From the NCBI GenBank assembly GCA_964016885.1, contig OZ024740.1:105028001-105092000 (forward strand): a DNA stretch of 64,000 nt, in the 5' to 3' direction. The first letter of the stretch is position 1, and the number at the start of each line of letters is the position of its first letter. The position numbers and the translations under genes are program-made. The stretch comes from Eledone cirrhosa. Taxonomy: Eukaryota. The notes below the pieces were generated by a model. That model made no database searches. It was not told where the DNA came from and saw only the letters and a program-made list of their open reading frames with translations. Below, piece after piece: positions 16,201 to 35,400 of the stretch.

Positions 16201-19200
16201 AACTTTCATACACAACCATCTACCATCACATCTTACACATAATTCATATATTCTAACTTTCATACACAACCATCTACCAACACATCTTACACATAATTCA
16301 TATAGTCTAACTTTCACACACAATCATCTACTAACACATCTTACACATAATTCATATAGTCTAACTTTCACACACAATCATCTACCATCACACATCTTAC
16401 ACATAATTCATATAGTCTAACTTTCACACACAATCATCTACCATCACATCTTACACATAATTCATATAGTCTAACTTTCAAACACAACCATCTACCATCA
16501 CATCTTACACATAATTCATATAGTCTAACTTTCATACACAACCATCTACCATCACATCTTACACATAATTAATATAGTCTAACTTTCACACACAATCATC
16601 TACCATCACACATCTTACACATAATTCATATAGTCTAACTTTCACACACAATCATCTACCATCACATCTTACACATAATTCATATAGTCTAACTTTCACA
16701 CACAATCATCTACCATCACACATCTTACACATAATTCATATAGTCTAACTTTCACACACAATCATCTACCATCACATCTTACACATAATTTATATAGTCT
16801 AACTTTCATACAAAACCATCTACCATCACATCTTACACATAATTCATATAGTCTAATTTTCATACACAACCATCTACCATCACATCTTACACATAATTCA
16901 TATAGTCTAACTTTCATACACAACCATCTACCATCACATCTTACACATAATTCATATAGTCTAACTTTCATACACAACCATCTACCATCACATCTTACAC
17001 ATAATTCATATAGTCTAACTTTCATACACAATCATCTACCATCACATCTTACACATAATTCATATAGTCTGACTTTCACACACAATCATCTACCATCACA
17101 TCTTACACATAATTCATATAGTCTAACTTTCATACACAACCATCTACCATCACATCTTACACATAATTCATATAATCTAACTTTCATACACAACCATCTA
17201 CCATCACATCTTACACATAATTCATATAATCTAACTTTCATACACAACCATCTACCATCACATCTTACTCATAATTCATATAATCTAACTTTCATACACA
17301 ACCATCTACCATCACATCTTACACATAATTCATATAGTCTAACTTTCATACACAATCATCTACCATCACATCTTACACATAATTCATATAGTCTAACTTT
17401 CATACACAACCATCTACCATCACATCTTACACATAATTCATATAATCTAACTTTCATACACAACCATCTACCATCACATCTTACACATAATTCATATAGT
17501 CTGACTTTCACACACAATCATCTACCATCACATCTTACACATAATTCATATAGTCTAACTTTCACACACAACCATCTACCATCACACATCTTACACATAA
17601 TTCATATAGTCTAACTTTCACACACAACAATCTACCATCACACATCTTACACATAATTCATATAGTCTGACTTTCACACACAATCATCTACCATCACATC
17701 TTACACATAATTCATATAGTCTAACTTTCACACACAACCATCTACCATCACACATCTTACACATAATTCATATAGTCTAACTTTCACACACAATCATCTA
17801 CCATCACATCTTACACATAATTCATATAGTCTAACTTTCATACACAACCATCTACCATCACATCTTACACATAATTCATATAGTCTAACTTTCATACACA
17901 ATCATCTACCAACACATCTTACACATAATTCATATAGTCTAACTTTCATACACAACCACCTACCATCACATCTTACACATAATTCATATAGTCTAACTTT
18001 CATACACAACCATCTACCAACACATCTTACACATAATTTATATAGTCTAACTTTCATACACAATCATCTACCAACACATCTTACACATAATTCATATAGT
18101 CTAACTTTCATACACAACCATCTACCATCACACATCTTACACATAATTCATATAGTCTAACTTTCATACACAATCATCTACCATCACATCTTACACATAA
18201 TTCATATAGTCTGACTTTCACACACAACCATCTACCATCACATCTTACACATAATTCATATAGTCTAACTTTCACACACAACCATCTACCATCACACATA
18301 ACCATCTACCATCACACATCTTAAACATAATTCATATAGTCTAACTTTCATACACAACCATCTACCATCACATCTTACACATAATTCATATAGTCTAACT
18401 TTCATACACAATCATCTACCATCACATCTTACACATAATTCATATAATCTAACTTTCATACACAACCATCTACCATCACATCTTACACATAATTCATATA
18501 GTCTAACTTTCATACACAATCATCTACCATCACATCTTACACATAATACATATGGTCTAACTTTCATGCACAACCATCTACCATCACATCTTACACATAA
18601 TTCATATAGTCTAAATTTCATACACAACCATCTACCATCACATCTTACACATAATTCATATAGTCTAACTTTCATGCACAACCATCTACCATCACATCTT
18701 ACACATAATTCATATAGTCTAAACTTTCATACACAACCATCTACCATCACATCTTACACATAATTCATATAGTCTAACTTTCATACACAACCATCTACCA
18801 TCACATCTTACACATAATTCATATAGTCTAACTTTCATACACAACCATCTACCATCACATCTTACACATAATTCATATAATCTAACTTTCATACACAACC
18901 ATCTACCATCACATCTTACACATAATTCATATAGTCTAACTTTCACACACAACCATCTACCATCACACATCTTACACATAATTCATATAGTCTAACTTTC
19001 ATACACAACCATCTACCATCACACATCTTACACATAATTCATATAGTCTAACTTTCATACACAATCATCTACCATCACATCTTACACATAATTCATATAG
19101 TCTGACTTTCACACACAACCATCTACCATCACATCTTACACATAATTCATATAGTCTAACTTTCACACACAACCATCTACCATCACACATAACCATCTAC

Positions 19201-20401
19201 CATCACACATCTTACACATAATTCATATAGTCTAACTTTCATACACAACCATCTACCATCACATCTTACACATAATTCATATAGTCTAACTTTCATACAC
19301 AACCATCTACCATCACATCTTACACATAATTCATATAGTCTAACTTTCATACACAACCATCTACCAACACATCTTACACATAATTCATATAGTCTAACTT
19401 TCATACACAACCACCTACCATCACATCTTACACATAATTCATATAGTCTAACTTTCATACACAACCATCTACCATCACATCTTACACATAATTCATATAG
19501 TCTAACTTTCATACACAACCATCTACCAACACATCTTACACATAATTCATATAGTCTAACTTTCATACACAACCATCTACCAACACATCTTACACATAAT
19601 TCATATAGTCTAACTTTCACACACAATCATCTACCATCACACATCTTACACATAATTCATATAGTCTAACTTTCACACACAACCCTCTACCATCACATCT
19701 TACGCATAATTCATATAGTCTGACTTTCACACACAACCATCTACCATCACATCTTACACATAATTCATATAGTCTAACTTTCACACACAACCATCTACCA
19801 TCACATCTTACACATAATTCATATAGTCTAACTTTCATACACAACCATCTACCATCACACATCTTAAACATAATTCATATAGTCTAACTTTCATACACAA
19901 TCATCTACCATCACATCTTACACATAATTCATATAGTCTAACTTTCACACACAACCATCTACCATCACATCTTACACATAATTCATATAGTCTCACTTTC
20001 ATACACAACCATCTACCATCACCCATCTTACACATAATTCATATAGTCTAACTTTCACACACAACCATCTACCATCACATCTTACACATAATTCATATAA
20101 TCTAACTTTCACACACAACCATCTACCATCACACATCTTACACATAATTCATATAGTCTGACTTTCATACCCAACGATCTACCATCACCTTACACATAAT
20201 TCATATATTCTAACTTTCACACACAACCATCTACCATCACATTTTACACATAATTCATATAGTCTAACTTTCACACACAACCATCTACCATCACATCTTA
20301 CACATAATTCATATAGTCTGACTTTCACACACAACCATCTACCATCACATCTTACGCATAATTCATATAGTCTGACTTTCATACACAATCATCTACCATC
20401 A

Positions 20402-23400
20402 CACATCTTACACATAATTCATATAGTCTAACTTTCACACACAACCATCTACCATCACATCTTACGCATAATTCATATAGTCTAACTTTCACACACAATC
20501 ATCTACCATCACATCTTACACATAATTCATATAGTCTAACTTCCACACACAACCATCTACCATCACATCTTACACATAATACTTATAGTCTAACTTTCAT
20601 ACACAATCATCTACCATCATACATCTTACACATAATTCATATAGTCTAACTTTCACACACAATCATCTACCATCACATCTTACACATAATTCATATAGTC
20701 TAACTTTCACACACAATCATCTACCATCACACATCTTACACATAATTCATATAGTCTAACTTTCACACACAATCATCTACCATCACATCTTACACATAAT
20801 TCATATAGTCTAACTTTCACACACAACCATCTACCATCACATCTTACACATAATTCATATAGTCTAACTTTCATACACAATCATATACCATCATACATCT
20901 TACACATAATTCATATAGTCTAACTTTCACACACGATCATCTACCATCACATCTTACACATAATTCATATAGTCTAACTTTCACACACAACCATCTACCA
21001 TCACATCTTACACATAATTCATATAGTCTAACTTTCACACACAACCATCTACCATCACATCTTACACATAATTCATATAATCTAACTTTCATACACAACC
21101 ATCTACCATCACATCTTACACATAATTCATATAGTCTAACTTTCACACACAATCATCTACCATCACACATCTTACACATAATTCATATAGTCTAACTTTC
21201 ATACACAACCATCTACCAACACATCTTACACATAATTCATATAGTCTAACTTTCACACACAACCATCTACCATCACATCTTACACATAATTCATATAGTC
21301 TAACTTTCACACACAACCATCTACCATCACATCTTACACATAATTCATATAATCTAACTTTCATACACAACCATCTACCATCACATCTTACACATAATTC
21401 ATATAGTCTAACTTTCACACACAATCATCTACCATCACACATCTTACACATAATTCATATAGTCTAACTTTCATACACAACCATCTACCAACACATCTTA
21501 CACATAATTCATATAGTCTAACTTTCACACACAACCATCTACCATCACATCTTACACATAATTCATATAGTCTAACTTTCACACACAACCATCTACCATC
21601 ACACATCTTACACATAATTCATATAGTCTAACTTTCATACACAACCATCTACCATCACACATCTTACACATAATTCATATAGTCTAACTTTCATACACAA
21701 TCATCTACCATCACATCTTACACATAATTCATATAGTCTGACTTTCACACACAACCATCTACCATCACATCTTACACATAATTCATATAGTCTAACTTTC
21801 ACACACAACCATCTACCATCACACATAACCATCTACCATCACACATCTTACACATAATTCATATAGTCTAACTTTCATACACAACCATCTACCATCACAT
21901 CTTACACATAATTCATATAGTCTAACTTTCATACACAACCATCTACCATCACATCTTACACATAATTCATATAGTCTAACTTTCATACACAACCATCTAC
22001 CAACACATCTTACACATAATTCATATAGTCTAACTTTCATACACAACCACCTACCATCACATCTTACACATAATTCATATAGTCTAACTTTCATACACAA
22101 CCATCTACCATCACATCTTACACATAATTCATATAGTCTAACTTTCATACACAACCATCTACCAACACATCTTACACATAATTCATATAGTCTAACTTTC
22201 ATACACAACCATCTACCAACACATCTTACACATAATTCATATAGTCTAACTTTCACACACAATCATCTACCATCACACATCTTACACATAATTCATATAG
22301 TCTAACTTTCATACACAACCCTCTACCATCACATCTTACGCATAATTCATATAGTCTGACTTTCACACACAACCATCTACCATCACATCTTACACATAAT
22401 TCATATAGTCTAACTTTCACACACAACCATCTACCATCACATCTTACACATAATTCATATAGTCTAACTTTCATACACAACCATCTACCATCACACATCT
22501 TAAACATAATTCATATAGTCTAACTTTCATACACAATCATCTACCATCACATCTTACACATAATTCATATAGTCTAACTTTCATACACAACCATCTACCA
22601 TCACATCTTACACATAATTCATATAGTCTCACTTTCATACACAACCATCTACCATCACCCATCTTACACATAATTCATATAGTCTAACTTTCACACACAA
22701 CCATCTACCATCACATCTTACACATAATTCATATAATCTAACTTTCACACACAACCATCTACCATCACACATCTTACACATAATTCATATAGTCTGACTT
22801 TCATACCCAACGATCTACCATCACCTTACACATAATTCATATATTCTAACTTTCACACACAACCATCTACCATCACATTTTACACATAATTCATATAGTC
22901 TAACTTTCACACACAACCATCTACCATCACATCTTACACATAATTCATATAGTCTGACTTTCACACACAACCATCTACCATCACATCTTACGCATAATTC
23001 ATATAGTCTGACTTTCATACACAATCATCTACCATCACACATCTTACACATAATTCATATAGTCTAACTTTCACACACAACCATCTACCATCACATCTTA
23101 CGCATAATTCATATAGTCTGACTTTCACACACAATCATCTACCATCACATCTTACACATAATTCATATAGTCTAACTTCCACACACAACCATCTACCATC
23201 ACATCTTACACATAATACTTATAGTCTAACTTTCATACACAATCATCTACCATCATACATCTTACACATAATTCATATAGTCTAACTTTCACACACAATC
23301 ATCTACCATCACATCTTACACATAATTCATATAGTCTAACTTTCACACACAATCATCTACCATCACACATCTTACACATAATTCATATAGTCTAACTTTC

Positions 23401-26400
23401 ACACACAATCATCTACCATCACATCTTACACATAATTCATATAGTCTAACTTTCACACACAACCATCTACCATCACATCTTACACATAATTCATATAGTC
23501 TAACTTTCATACACAATCATATACCATCATACATCTTACACATAATTCATATAGTCTAACTTTCACACACAATCATCTACCATCACATCTTACACATAAT
23601 TCATATAGTCTAACTTTCACACACAACCATCTACCATCACATCTTACACATAATTCATATAGTCTAACTTTCACACACAATCATCTACCATCACACATCT
23701 TACACATAATTCATATAGTCTAACTTTCATACACAACCATCTACCAACACATCTTACACATAATTCATATAGTCTAACTTTCACACACAACCATCTACCA
23801 TCACATCTTACACATAATTCATATAATCTAACTTTCATACACAACCATCTACCATCACATCTTACACATAATTCATATAGTCTAACTTTCATACACAATC
23901 ATCTACCATCACATCTTACACATCATACATATAGTCTAACTTTCATGCACAACCATCTACCATCACATCTTACACATAATTCATATAGTCTAACTTTCAT
24001 ACACAACCATCTACCATCACATCTTACACATAATTCATATAGTCTAACTTTCATACACAACCATCTACCATCACATCTTACACATAATTCATATAGTCTA
24101 ACTTTCATACACAAACATCTACCATCACATCTTACACATAATTCATAGAGTCTAACTTTCATACACAACCATCTACCATCACACATCTTACACATAATTC
24201 ATATAGTCTAACTTTCACACACAACCATCTACCATCACACATCTTACACATAATTCATATAGTCTAACTTTCATACACAATCATCTACCATCACATCTTA
24301 CACATAATTCATATAGCCTGACTTTCACACACAATCATCTACCATCACATCTTACACATAATTCATATAGTCTAACTTTCATACACAACCATCTACCATC
24401 ACATCTTACACATAATTCATATAATCTAACTTTCATACACAACCATCTACCATCACATCTTACACATAATTCATATAATCTAACTTTCATACACAACCAT
24501 CTACCATCACATCTTACACATAATACTTATAGTCTAACTTTCATACACAATCATCTACCATCATACATCTTACACATAATTCATATAGTCTAACTTTCAC
24601 ACACAATCATCTACCATCACATCTTACACATAATTCATATAATCTAACTTTCATACACAACCATCTACCATCACATCTTACACATAATTCATATAATCTA
24701 ACTTTCATACACAATCATCTACCATCACATCTTACACATAATTCATATAGTCTAACTTTCACACACAATCATCTACCATCACACATCTTACACATAATTC
24801 ATATATTTTTATTTTAACACACAATCATCTACCATCACATCTTACACATAATTCATATAGTCTAACTTTCACACACAACCATCTACCATCACATCTTACA
24901 CATAATTCATATAGTCTAACTTTCACACACAACCATCTACCATCACATCTTACACATAATACTTATAGTCTAACTTTCATACACAATCATCTACCATCAT
25001 ACATCTTACACATAATTCATATAGTCTAACTTTCACACACAATCATCTACCATCACATCTTACACATAATTCATATAGTCTAACTTTCACACACAATCAT
25101 CTACCATCACACATCTTACACATAATTCATATAGTCTAACTTTCACACACAATCATCTACCATCACATCTTACACATAATTCATATAGTCTAACTTTCAC
25201 ACACAACCATCTACCATCACATCTTACACATAATTCATATAGTCTAACTTTCACACACAATCATCTACCATCACACATCTTACACATAATTCATATAGTC
25301 TAACTTTCATACACAACCATCTACCAACACATCTTACACATAATTAATATAGTCTAACTTTCACACACAACCATCTACCATCACATCTTACACATAATTC
25401 ATATAATCTAACTTTCATACGCAACCATCTACCATCACATCTTACACATAATACTTATAGTCTAACTTTCATACACAATCATCTACCATCATACATCTTA
25501 CACATAATTCATGTAGTCTAACTTTCACAAACAATCATCTACCATCACATCTTACACATAATTCATATAGTCTAACTTTCACACACAATCATCTACCATC
25601 ACACATCTTACACATAATTAATATAGTCTAACTTTCACACACAACCATCTACCATCACATCTTACACATAATTCATATAGTCTAACTTTCATACACAATC
25701 ATCTACCATCACATCTTACACATAATACATATAGTCTAACTTTCATGCACAACCATCTACCATCACATCTTACACATAATTCATATAGTCTAACTTTCAT
25801 ACACAACCATCTACCATCACATCTTACACGTAATTCATATAGTCTAACTTTCATACACAACCATCTACCATCACATCTTACACATAATTCATATAGTCTA
25901 ACTTTCATACACAACCATCTACCATCACATCTTACACATAATTCATATAGTCTAACTTTCACACACAACCATCTACCATCACACATCTTACACATAATTC
26001 ATATAGTCTAACTTTCATACACAATCATCTACCATCACATCATACACATAATTCATATAGTCTGACTTTCACACACAATCATCTACCATCACGTCTTACA
26101 CATAATTCATATAGTCTGACTTTCATACACAACCATCTACCATCACATCTTACACATAATTCATATAATCTAACTTTCATACACAACCATCTACCATCAC
26201 ATCTTACACATAATTCATATAATCTAACTTTCATACACAACCATCTACCATCACATCTTACACATAATTCATATAATCTAACTTTCATACACAACCATCT
26301 ACCATCACATCTTACACATAATTCATATAGTCTAACTTTCATACACAATCATCTACCATCACATCTTACACATAATTCATATAGTCTAACTTTCATACAC

Positions 26401-29400
26401 AACCATCTACCATCACATCTTACACATAATTCATATAGTCTAACTTTCATACACAACCATCTACCATCACATCTTACACATAATTCATATAGTCTAACTT
26501 TCATACACAACCATCTACCATCACATCTTACACATAATTCATATAATCTAACTTTCATACACAACCATCTACCATCACATCTTACACATAATTCATATAG
26601 TCTAACTTTCACACACAACCATCTACCATCACACATCTTACACATAATTCATATAGTCTAACTTTCATACACAATCATCTACCATCACATCTTACACATA
26701 ATTCATATAGTCTGACTTTCACACACAATTATCTACCATCACATCTTACACATAATTCATATAGTCTAACTTTCATACACAACCATCTACCATCACACAT
26801 CTTACACATAATTCATATAGTCTAACTTTCATACACAATCATCTACCATCACATCTTACACATAATTCATATAGTCTGACTTTCACACACAACCATCTAC
26901 CATCACATCTTACACATAATTCATATAGTCTAACTTTCACACACAACCATCTACCATCACACATAACCATCTACCATCACACATCTTACACATAATTCAT
27001 ATAGTCTAACTTTCATACACAACCATCTACCATCACATCTTACACATAATTCATATATTCTAACTTTCATACACAACCATCTACCAACACATCTTACACA
27101 TAATTCATATAGTCTAACTTTCACACACAACCATCTACCATCATACATCTTACACATAATTCATATAGTCTAACTTTCACACACAATCATCTACCATCAC
27201 ATCTTACACATAATTCATATAGTCTAACTTTCACACACAATCATCTACCATCACACATCTTACACATAATTCATATAGTCTAACTTTCACACACAATCAT
27301 CTACCATCACATCTTACACATAATTCATATAGTCTAACTTTCACACACAACCATCTACCATCACATCTTACACATAATTCATATAGTGTAACTTTCATAC
27401 ACAATCATCTACCATCATACATCTTACACATAATTCATATAGTCTAACTTTCACACACAATCATCTACCATCACATCTTACACATAATTCATATAGTCTA
27501 ACTTTCACACACAACCATCTACCATCACATCTTACACATAATTCATATAGTCTAACTTTCACACACAATCATCTACCATCACACATCTTACACATAATTC
27601 ATATAGTCTAACTTTCATACACAACCATCTACCAACACATCTTACACATAATTCATATAGTCTAACTTTCACACACAACCATCTACCATCACATCTTACA
27701 CATAATTCATATAATCTAACTTTCATACACAACCATCTACCATCACATCTTACACATAATTCATATAATCTAACTTTCATACACAACCATCTACCATCAC
27801 ATCTTACACATAATTCATATAGTCTAACTTTCATACACAATCATCTACCATCACATCTTACACATAATACATATGGTCTAACTTTCATGCACAACCATCT
27901 ACCATCACATCTTACACATAATTCATATAGTCTAAACTTTCATACACAACCATCTACCATCACATCTTACACATAATTCATATAGTCTAACTTTCATGCA
28001 CAACCATCTACCATCACATCTTACACATAATTCATATAGTCTAAACTTTCATACACAACCATCTACCATCACATCTTACACATAATTCATATAGTCTAAC
28101 TTTCATACAGAACCATCTACCATCACATCTTACACATAATTCATATAGTCTAACTTTCATACACAACCATCTACCATCACATCTTACACATAATTCATAT
28201 AGTCTAACTTTCATACACAACCATCTACCATCACATCTTACACATAATTCATATAATCTAACTTTCATACACAACCATCTACCATCACATCTTACACATA
28301 ATTCATATAGTCTAACTTTCACACACAACCATCTACCATCACACATCTTACACATAATTCATATAGTCTAACTTTCATACACAATCATCTACCATCACAT
28401 CTTACACATAATTCATATAGTCTGACTTTCACACACAACCATCTACCATCACATCTTACACATAATTCATATAGTCTAACTTTCACACACAACCATCTAC
28501 CATCACACATAACCATCTACCATCACACATCTTACACATAATTCATATAGTCTAACTTTCATACACAACCATCTACCATCACATCTTACACATAATTCAT
28601 ATAGTCTAACTTTCATACACAACCATCTACCATCACATCTTACACATAATTCATATAGTCTAACTTTCATACACAACCATCTACCAACACATCTTACACA
28701 TAATTCATATAGTCTAACTTTCACACACAACCATCTACCATCACATCTTACGCATAATTCATATAGTCTAACTTTCACACACAATCATCTACCATCACAT
28801 CTTACACATAATTCATATAGTCTAACTTCCACACACAACCATCTACCATCACATCTTACACATAATACTTATAGTCTAACTTTCATACACAATCATCTAC
28901 CATCATACATCTTACACATAATTCATATAGTCTAACTTTCACACACAATCATCTACCATCACATCTTACACATAATTCATATAGTCTAACTTTCACACAC
29001 AATCATCTACCATCACACATCTTACACATAATTCATATAGTCTAACTTTCACACACAATCATCTACCATCACATCTTACACATAATTCATATAGTCTAAC
29101 TTTCACACACAACCATCTACCATCACATCTTACACATAATTCATATAGTCTAACTTTCATACACAATCATATACCATCATACATCTTACACATAATTCAT
29201 ATAGTCTAACTTTCACACACGATCATCTACCATCACATCTTACACATAATTCATATAGTCTAACTTTCACACACAACCATCTACCATCACATCTTACACA
29301 TAATTCATATAGTCTAACTTTCACACACAACCATCTACCATCACATCTTACACATAATTCATATAATCTAACTTTCATACACAACCATCTACCATCACAT

Positions 29401-32400
29401 CTTACACATAATTCATATAGTCTAACTTTCACACACAATCATCTACCATCACACATCTTACACATAATTCATATAGTCTAACTTTCATACACAACCATCT
29501 ACCAACACATCTTACACATAATTCATATAGTCTAACTTTCACACACAACCATCTACCATCACATCTTACACATAATTCATATAGTCTAACTTTCACACAC
29601 AACCATCTACCATCACATCTTACACATAATTCATATAATCTAACTTTCATACACAACCATCTACCATCACATCTTACACATAATTCATATAGTCTAACTT
29701 TCACACACAATCATCTACCATCACACATCTTACACATAATTCATATAGTCTAACTTTCATACACAACCATCTACCAACACATCTTACACATAATTCATAT
29801 AGTCTAACTTTCACACACAACCATCTACCATCACATCTTACACATAATTCATATAGTCTAACTTTCACACACAACCATCTACCATCACACATCTTACACA
29901 TAATTCATATAGTCTAACTTTCATACACAACCATCTACCATCACACATCTTACACATAATTCATATAGTCTAACTTTCATACACAATCATCTACCATCAC
30001 ATCTTACACATAATTCATATAGTCTGACTTTCACACACAACCATCTACCATCACATCTTACACATAATTCATATAGTCTAACTTTCACACACAACCATCT
30101 ACCATCACACATAACCATCTACCATCACACATCTTACACATAATTCATATAGTCTAACTTTCATACACAACCATCTACCATCACATCTTACACATAATTC
30201 ATATAGTCTAACTTTCATACACAACCATCTACCATCACATCTTACACATAATTCATATAGTCTAACTTTCATACACAACCATCTACCAACACATCTTACA
30301 CATAATTCATATAGTCTAACTTTCATACACAACCACCTACCATCACATCTTACACATAATTCATATAGTCTAACTTTCATACACAACCATCTACCATCAC
30401 ATCTTACACATAATTCATATAGTCTAACTTTCATACACAACCATCTACCAACACATCTTACACATAATTCATATAGTCTAACTTTCATACACAACCATCT
30501 ACCAACACATCTTACACATAATTCATATAGTCTAACTTTCACACACAATCATCTACCATCACACATCTTACACATAATTCATATAGTCTAACTTTCATAC
30601 ACAACCCTCTACCATCACATCTTACGCATAATTCATATAGTCTGACTTTCACACACAACCATCTACCATCACATCTTACACATAATTCATATAGTCTAAC
30701 TTTCACACACAACCATCTACCATCACATCTTACACATAATTCATATAGTCTAACTTTCATACACAACCATCTACCATCACACATCTTAAACATAATTCAT
30801 ATAGTCTAACTTTCATACACAATCATCTACCATCACATCTTACACATAATTCATATAGTCTAACTTTCATACACAACCATCTACCATCACATCTTACACA
30901 TAATTCATATAGTCTCACTTTCATACACAACCATCTACCATCACCCATCTTACACATAATTCATATAGTCTAACTTTCACACACAACCATCTACCATCAC
31001 ATCTTACACATAATTCATATAATCTAACTTTCACACACAACCATCTACCATCACACATCTTACACATAATTCATATAGTCTGACTTTCATACCCAACGAT
31101 CTACCATCACCTTACACATAATTCATATATTCTAACTTTCACACACAACCATCTACCATCACATTTTACACATAATTCATATAGTCTAACTTTCACACAC
31201 AACCATCTACCATCACATCTTACACATAATTCATATAGTCTGACTTTCACACACAACCATCTACCATCACATCTTACGCATAATTCATATAGTCTGACTT
31301 TCATACACAATCATCTACCATCACACATCTTACACATAATTCATATAGTCTAACTTTCACACACAACCATCTACCATCACATCTTACGCATAATTCATAT
31401 AGTCTGACTTTCACACACAATCATCTACCATCACATCTTACACATAATTCATATAGTCTAACTTCCACACACAACCATCTACCATCACATCTTACACATA
31501 ATACTTATAGTCTAACTTTCATACACAATCATCTACCATCATACATCTTACACATAATTCATATAGTCTAACTTTCACACACAATCATCTACCATCACAT
31601 CTTACACATAATTCATATAGTCTAACTTTCACACACAATCATCTACCATCACACATCTTACACATAATTCATATAGTCTAACTTTCACACACAATCATCT
31701 ACCATCACATCTTACACATAATTCATATAGTCTAACTTTCACACACAACCATCTACCATCACATCTTACACATAATTCATATAGTCTAACTTTCATACAC
31801 AATCATATACCATCATACATCTTACACATAATTCATATAGTCTAACTTTCACACACAATCATCTACCATCACATCTTACACATAATTCATATAGTCTAAC
31901 TTTCACACACAACCATCTACCATCACATCTTACACATAATTCATATAGTCTAACTTTCACACACAATCATCTACCATCACACATCTTACACATAATTCAT
32001 ATAGTCTAACTTTCATACACAACCATCTACCAACACATCTTACACATAATTCATATAGTCTAACTTTCACACACAACCATCTACCATCACATCTTACACA
32101 TAATTCATATAATCTAACTTTCATACACAACCATCTACCATCACATCTTACACATAATTCATATAGTCTAACTTTCATACACAATCATCTACCATCACAT
32201 CTTACACATCATACATATAGTCTAACTTTCATGCACAACCATCTACCATCACATCTTACACATAATTCATATAGTCTAACTTTCATACACAACCATCTAC
32301 CATCACATCTTACACATAATTCATATAGTCTAACTTTCATACACAACCATCTACCATCACATCTTACACATAATTCATATAGTCTAACTTTCATACACAA

Positions 32401-35400
32401 ACATCTACCATCACATCTTACACATAATTCATAGAGTCTAACTTTCATACACAACCATCTACCATCACACATCTTACACATAATTCATATAGTCTAACTT
32501 TCACACACAACCATCTACCATCACACATCTTACACATAATTCATATAGTCTAACTTTCATACACAATCATCTACCATCACATCTTACACATAATTCATAT
32601 AGCCTGACTTTCACACACAATCATCTACCATCACATCTTACACATAATTCATATAGTCTAACTTTCATACACAACCATCTACCATCACATCTTACACATA
32701 ATTCATATAATCTAACTTTCATACACAACCATCTACCATCACATCTTACACATAATTCATATAATCTAACTTTCATACACAACCATCTACCATCACATCT
32801 TACACATAATACTTATAGTCTAACTTTCATACACAATCATCTACCATCATACATCTTACACATAATTCATATAGTCTAACTTTCACACACAATCATCTAC
32901 CATCACATCTTACACATAATTCATATAATCTAACTTTCATACACAACCATCTACCATCACATCTTACACATAATTCATATAATCTAACTTTCATACACAA
33001 TCATCTACCATCACATCTTACACATAATTCATATAGTCTAACTTTCACACACAATCATCTACCATCACACATCTTACACATAATTCATATATTTTTATTT
33101 TAACACACAATCATCTACCATCACATCTTACACATAATTCATATAGTCTAACTTTCACACACAACCATCTACCATCACATCTTACACATAATTCATATAG
33201 TCTAACTTTCACACACAACCATCTACCATCACATCTTACACATAATACTTATAGTCTAACTTTCATACACAATCATCTACCATCATACATCTTACACATA
33301 ATTCATATAGTCTAACTTTCACACACAATCATCTACCATCACATCTTACACATAATTCATATAGTCTAACTTTCACACACAATCATCTACCATCACACAT
33401 CTTACACATAATTCATATAGTCTAACTTTCACACACAATCATCTACCATCACATCTTACACATAATTCATATAGTCTAACTTTCACACACAACCATCTAC
33501 CATCACATCTTACACATAATTCATATAGTCTAACTTTCACACACAATCATCTACCATCACACATCTTACACATAATTCATATAGTCTAACTTTCATACAC
33601 AACCATCTACCAACACATCTTACACATAATTAATATAGTCTAACTTTCACACACAACCATCTACCATCACATCTTACACATAATTCATATAATCTAACTT
33701 TCATACGCAACCATCTACCATCACATCTTACACATAATACTTATAGTCTAACTTTCATACACAATCATCTACCATCATACATCTTACACATAATTCATGT
33801 AGTCTAACTTTCACAAACAATCATCTACCATCACATCTTACACATAATTCATATAGTCTAACTTTCACACACAATCATCTACCATCACACATCTTACACA
33901 TAATTAATATAGTCTAACTTTCACACACAACCATCTACCATCACATCTTACACATAATTCATATAGTCTAACTTTCATACACAATCATCTACCATCACAT
34001 CTTACACATAATACATATAGTCTAACTTTCATGCACAACCATCTACCATCACATCTTACACATAATTCATATAGTCTAACTTTCATACACAACCATCTAC
34101 CATCACATCTTACACGTAATTCATATAGTCTAACTTTCATACACAACCATCTACCATCACATCTTACACATAATTCATATAGTCTAACTTTCATACACAA
34201 CCATCTACCATCACATCTTACACATAATTCATATAGTCTAACTTTCACACACAACCATCTACCATCACACATCTTACACATAATTCATATAGTCTAACTT
34301 TCATACACAATCATCTACCATCACATCATACACATAATTCATATAGTCTGACTTTCACACACAATCATCTACCATCACGTCTTACACATAATTCATATAG
34401 TCTGACTTTCATACACAACCATCTACCATCACATCTTACACATAATTCATATAATCTAACTTTCATACACAACCATCTACCATCACATCTTACACATAAT
34501 TCATATAATCTAACTTTCATACACAACCATCTACCATCACATCTTACACATAATTCATATAATCTAACTTTCATACACAACCATCTACCATCACATCTTA
34601 CACATAATTCATATAGTCTAACTTTCATACACAATCATCTACCATCACATCTTACACATAATTCATATAGTCTAACTTTCATACACAACCATCTACCATC
34701 ACATCTTACACATAATTCATATAGTCTAACTTTCATACACAACCATCTACCATCACATCTTACACATAATTCATATAGTCTAACTTTCATACACAACCAT
34801 CTACCATCACATCTTACACATAATTCATATAATCTAACTTTCATACACAACCATCTACCATCACATCTTACACATAATTCATATAGTCTAACTTTCACAC
34901 ACAACCATCTACCATCACACATCTTACACATAATTCATATAGTCTAACTTTCATACACAATCATCTACCATCACATCTTACACATAATTCATATAGTCTG
35001 ACTTTCACACACAATTATCTACCATCACATCTTACACATAATTCATATAGTCTAACTTTCATACACAACCATCTACCATCACACATCTTACACATAATTC
35101 ATATAGTCTAACTTTCATACACAATCATCTACCATCACATCTTACACATAATTCATATAGTCTGACTTTCACACACAACCATCTACCATCACATCTTACA
35201 CATAATTCATATAGTCTAACTTTCACACACAACCATCTACCATCACACATAACCATCTACCATCACACATCTTACACATAATTCATATAGTCTAACTTTC
35301 ATACACAACCATCTACCATCACATCTTACACATAATTCATATATTCTAACTTTCATACACAACCATCTACCAACACATCTTACACATAATTCATATAGTC

